Positions 14,544 through 15,530 of a stretch of 15,530 nt of DNA are shown here, piece after piece. The position numbers and the translations under genes are program-made. Within the stretch, counting starts at the first letter, position 1, and each line of letters opens with the position of its first letter. Where the stretch lies: NCBI GenBank assembly GCA_043767805.1, contig JAYUGC010000051.1:1-15530 (forward strand). The letters run 5' to 3'. The stretch is from Pseudomonadota bacterium (lineage in GTDB: Bacteria > Bdellovibrionota > FAC87 > UBA2466). The notes beneath the pieces were generated by a model that saw only the letters and a list, made by a program, of their open reading frames with translations, was not told the origin of the DNA and did no database searches.

Positions 14544-15530
14544 ATGGTGCTGGTGAGCTTACTCACGGGTCTAATCGTAGGCACGATGGGGGCGGGACTC
14601 TACTTCCGCCACTACTACGTCGTATCTATGTTCGGCGTGTGGCTCGCGGTGGAATGCGGCCTTTGGCGCTTTTCCCATCTCTGGCAGAAACCGGTCGAGT
14701 CCACGGCTAATGAGAGTCTGCCTCGCTTGAGCCAGCTCCTCGCCCTCTACGGCAAGTCCGACCCCGGCTCCGAATCCCTCCTTTTTGAAAAGATGAACGA
14801 AGCGCGCTTCCAAGGCGCGCTCACCGATTACGAGCGCCGCTGGCTCGATCGGCTGAGGGATCTCATCGAGCTCCGCGCTCTCGCCTTCGGCCAGCCCGGC
14901 CGCGGCAAACGCGCCCTTCGCCAAGCTTTCCTTCCCGGCACGCTCCCCGTTTCCTCCGAAACGCTGCCGGAAGATTCGCTCCATTCGATGAACGAACAAG
15001 ACATCACGGAAAGCGCGGGCGTCGTCGCGGAATTACTCTGGAAGCTCTATCACACGAGCCTGGGTGAGTTCCCGGACCTGTCGTTACTCGCGCAAAAGCT
15101 TTTCAAGGATCTCTTTCACGTCTCCGCAGAAAAGGGCCGCGACAAGCTGGAACGGGTGACCGATCTCATGCAACGCCACTACGGCGTGCCGTATCTCATG
15201 CTGAACCTGATCCAAAGCAACCGGGCGAGCTGCGCCCGCCGGGTCGCTCAGGCGCTTCTCACGGAAGACGTCCAAATCGACGAAGATTTGCGCTCCGCTC
15301 TCTACTGGATGAGCGAGCTTCTCTGGTTCTCGAAAGATCGCACGGAGCCCATCACGGACTTCGAAACGACCATCCGGTATCTCTATCATCTTTGCTTCAC
15401 GAATCCCGACATGGCGGGTTTTCTCGAAATCGATAGCCAATTCTATTCCGAGTTCGAGACGGTGAATGAGCTCGCCAAGGAAGGCCTCCTCTTCAAAGAG
15501 GGCTTGGTCGAAAAGGTCATCGGCCTTTGG
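14544..15530 (+). CDS. Hypothetical membrane-anchored protein, 3'-partial
   Basis: Manually translated and open for 329 codons to the window end (MVLVSLLTGLIVGTMGAGLYFRHYYVVSMFGVWLAVECGLW...KVIGLW). Absent from the track because there is no stop. N-terminal hydrophobic segments; AAGG upstream. Confidence 0.8.
   Translation, partial: MVLVSLLTGLIVGTMGAGLYFRHYYVVSMFGVWLAVECGLWRFSHLWQKPVESTANESLPRLSQLLALYGKSDPGSESLLFEKMNEARFQGALTDYERRWLDRLRDLIELRALAFGQPGRGKRALRQAFLPGTLPVSSETLPEDSLHSMNEQDITESAGVVAELLWKLYHTSLGEFPDLSLLAQKLFKDLFHVSAEKGRDKLERVTDLMQRHYGVPYLMLNLIQSNRASCARRVAQALLTEDVQIDEDLRSALYWMSELLWFSKDRTEPITDFETTIRYLYHLCFTNPDMAGFLEIDSQFYSEFETVNELAKEGLLFKEGLVEKVIGLW

Noticed and set aside
14571..15440. 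Minus-strand ORFs 14571..14999 and 15084..15440
   Set aside because: Antisense to the uninterrupted plus-strand frame 14544..>15530.
1..15530. CRISPR arrays, tRNA or rRNA genes, intact IS or phage genes
   Set aside because: No regularly spaced repeats, cloverleaf or rRNA signatures, or intact mobile-element genes were seen.

Overview
A GC-rich bacterial chromosomal segment. The small hypothetical genes, the FecR/FN3-like protein and the HUH transposase type resemble Bdellovibrionota-like lineages (inference only). From left to right: a 5'-partial hypothetical CDS; a translationally coupled minus-strand pair made of a di-heme bCcP/MauG-family enzyme with Tyr at the MauG axial-ligand position and an exported, C-terminally anchored cupredoxin-like protein lacking the axial Met; a divergent secreted Gly-rich protein; an outer-membrane beta-barrel with an N-terminal Asp-box segment; several small or secreted hypotheticals; a pteridine-reductase-like SDR divergent from a bioF-bioD-bioA operon that ends in a ferritin-like di-iron (BioE-like) gene, with no bioB, bioC or bioH in the window; a decayed HUH/Y1 transposase remnant; and a 3'-partial membrane protein missing from the ORF track. 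Five well-placed sigma54 (-24/-12) promoter motifs occur in intergenic regions. The most notable candidates are the MauG-like/cupredoxin module and the BioE-like biotin operon.
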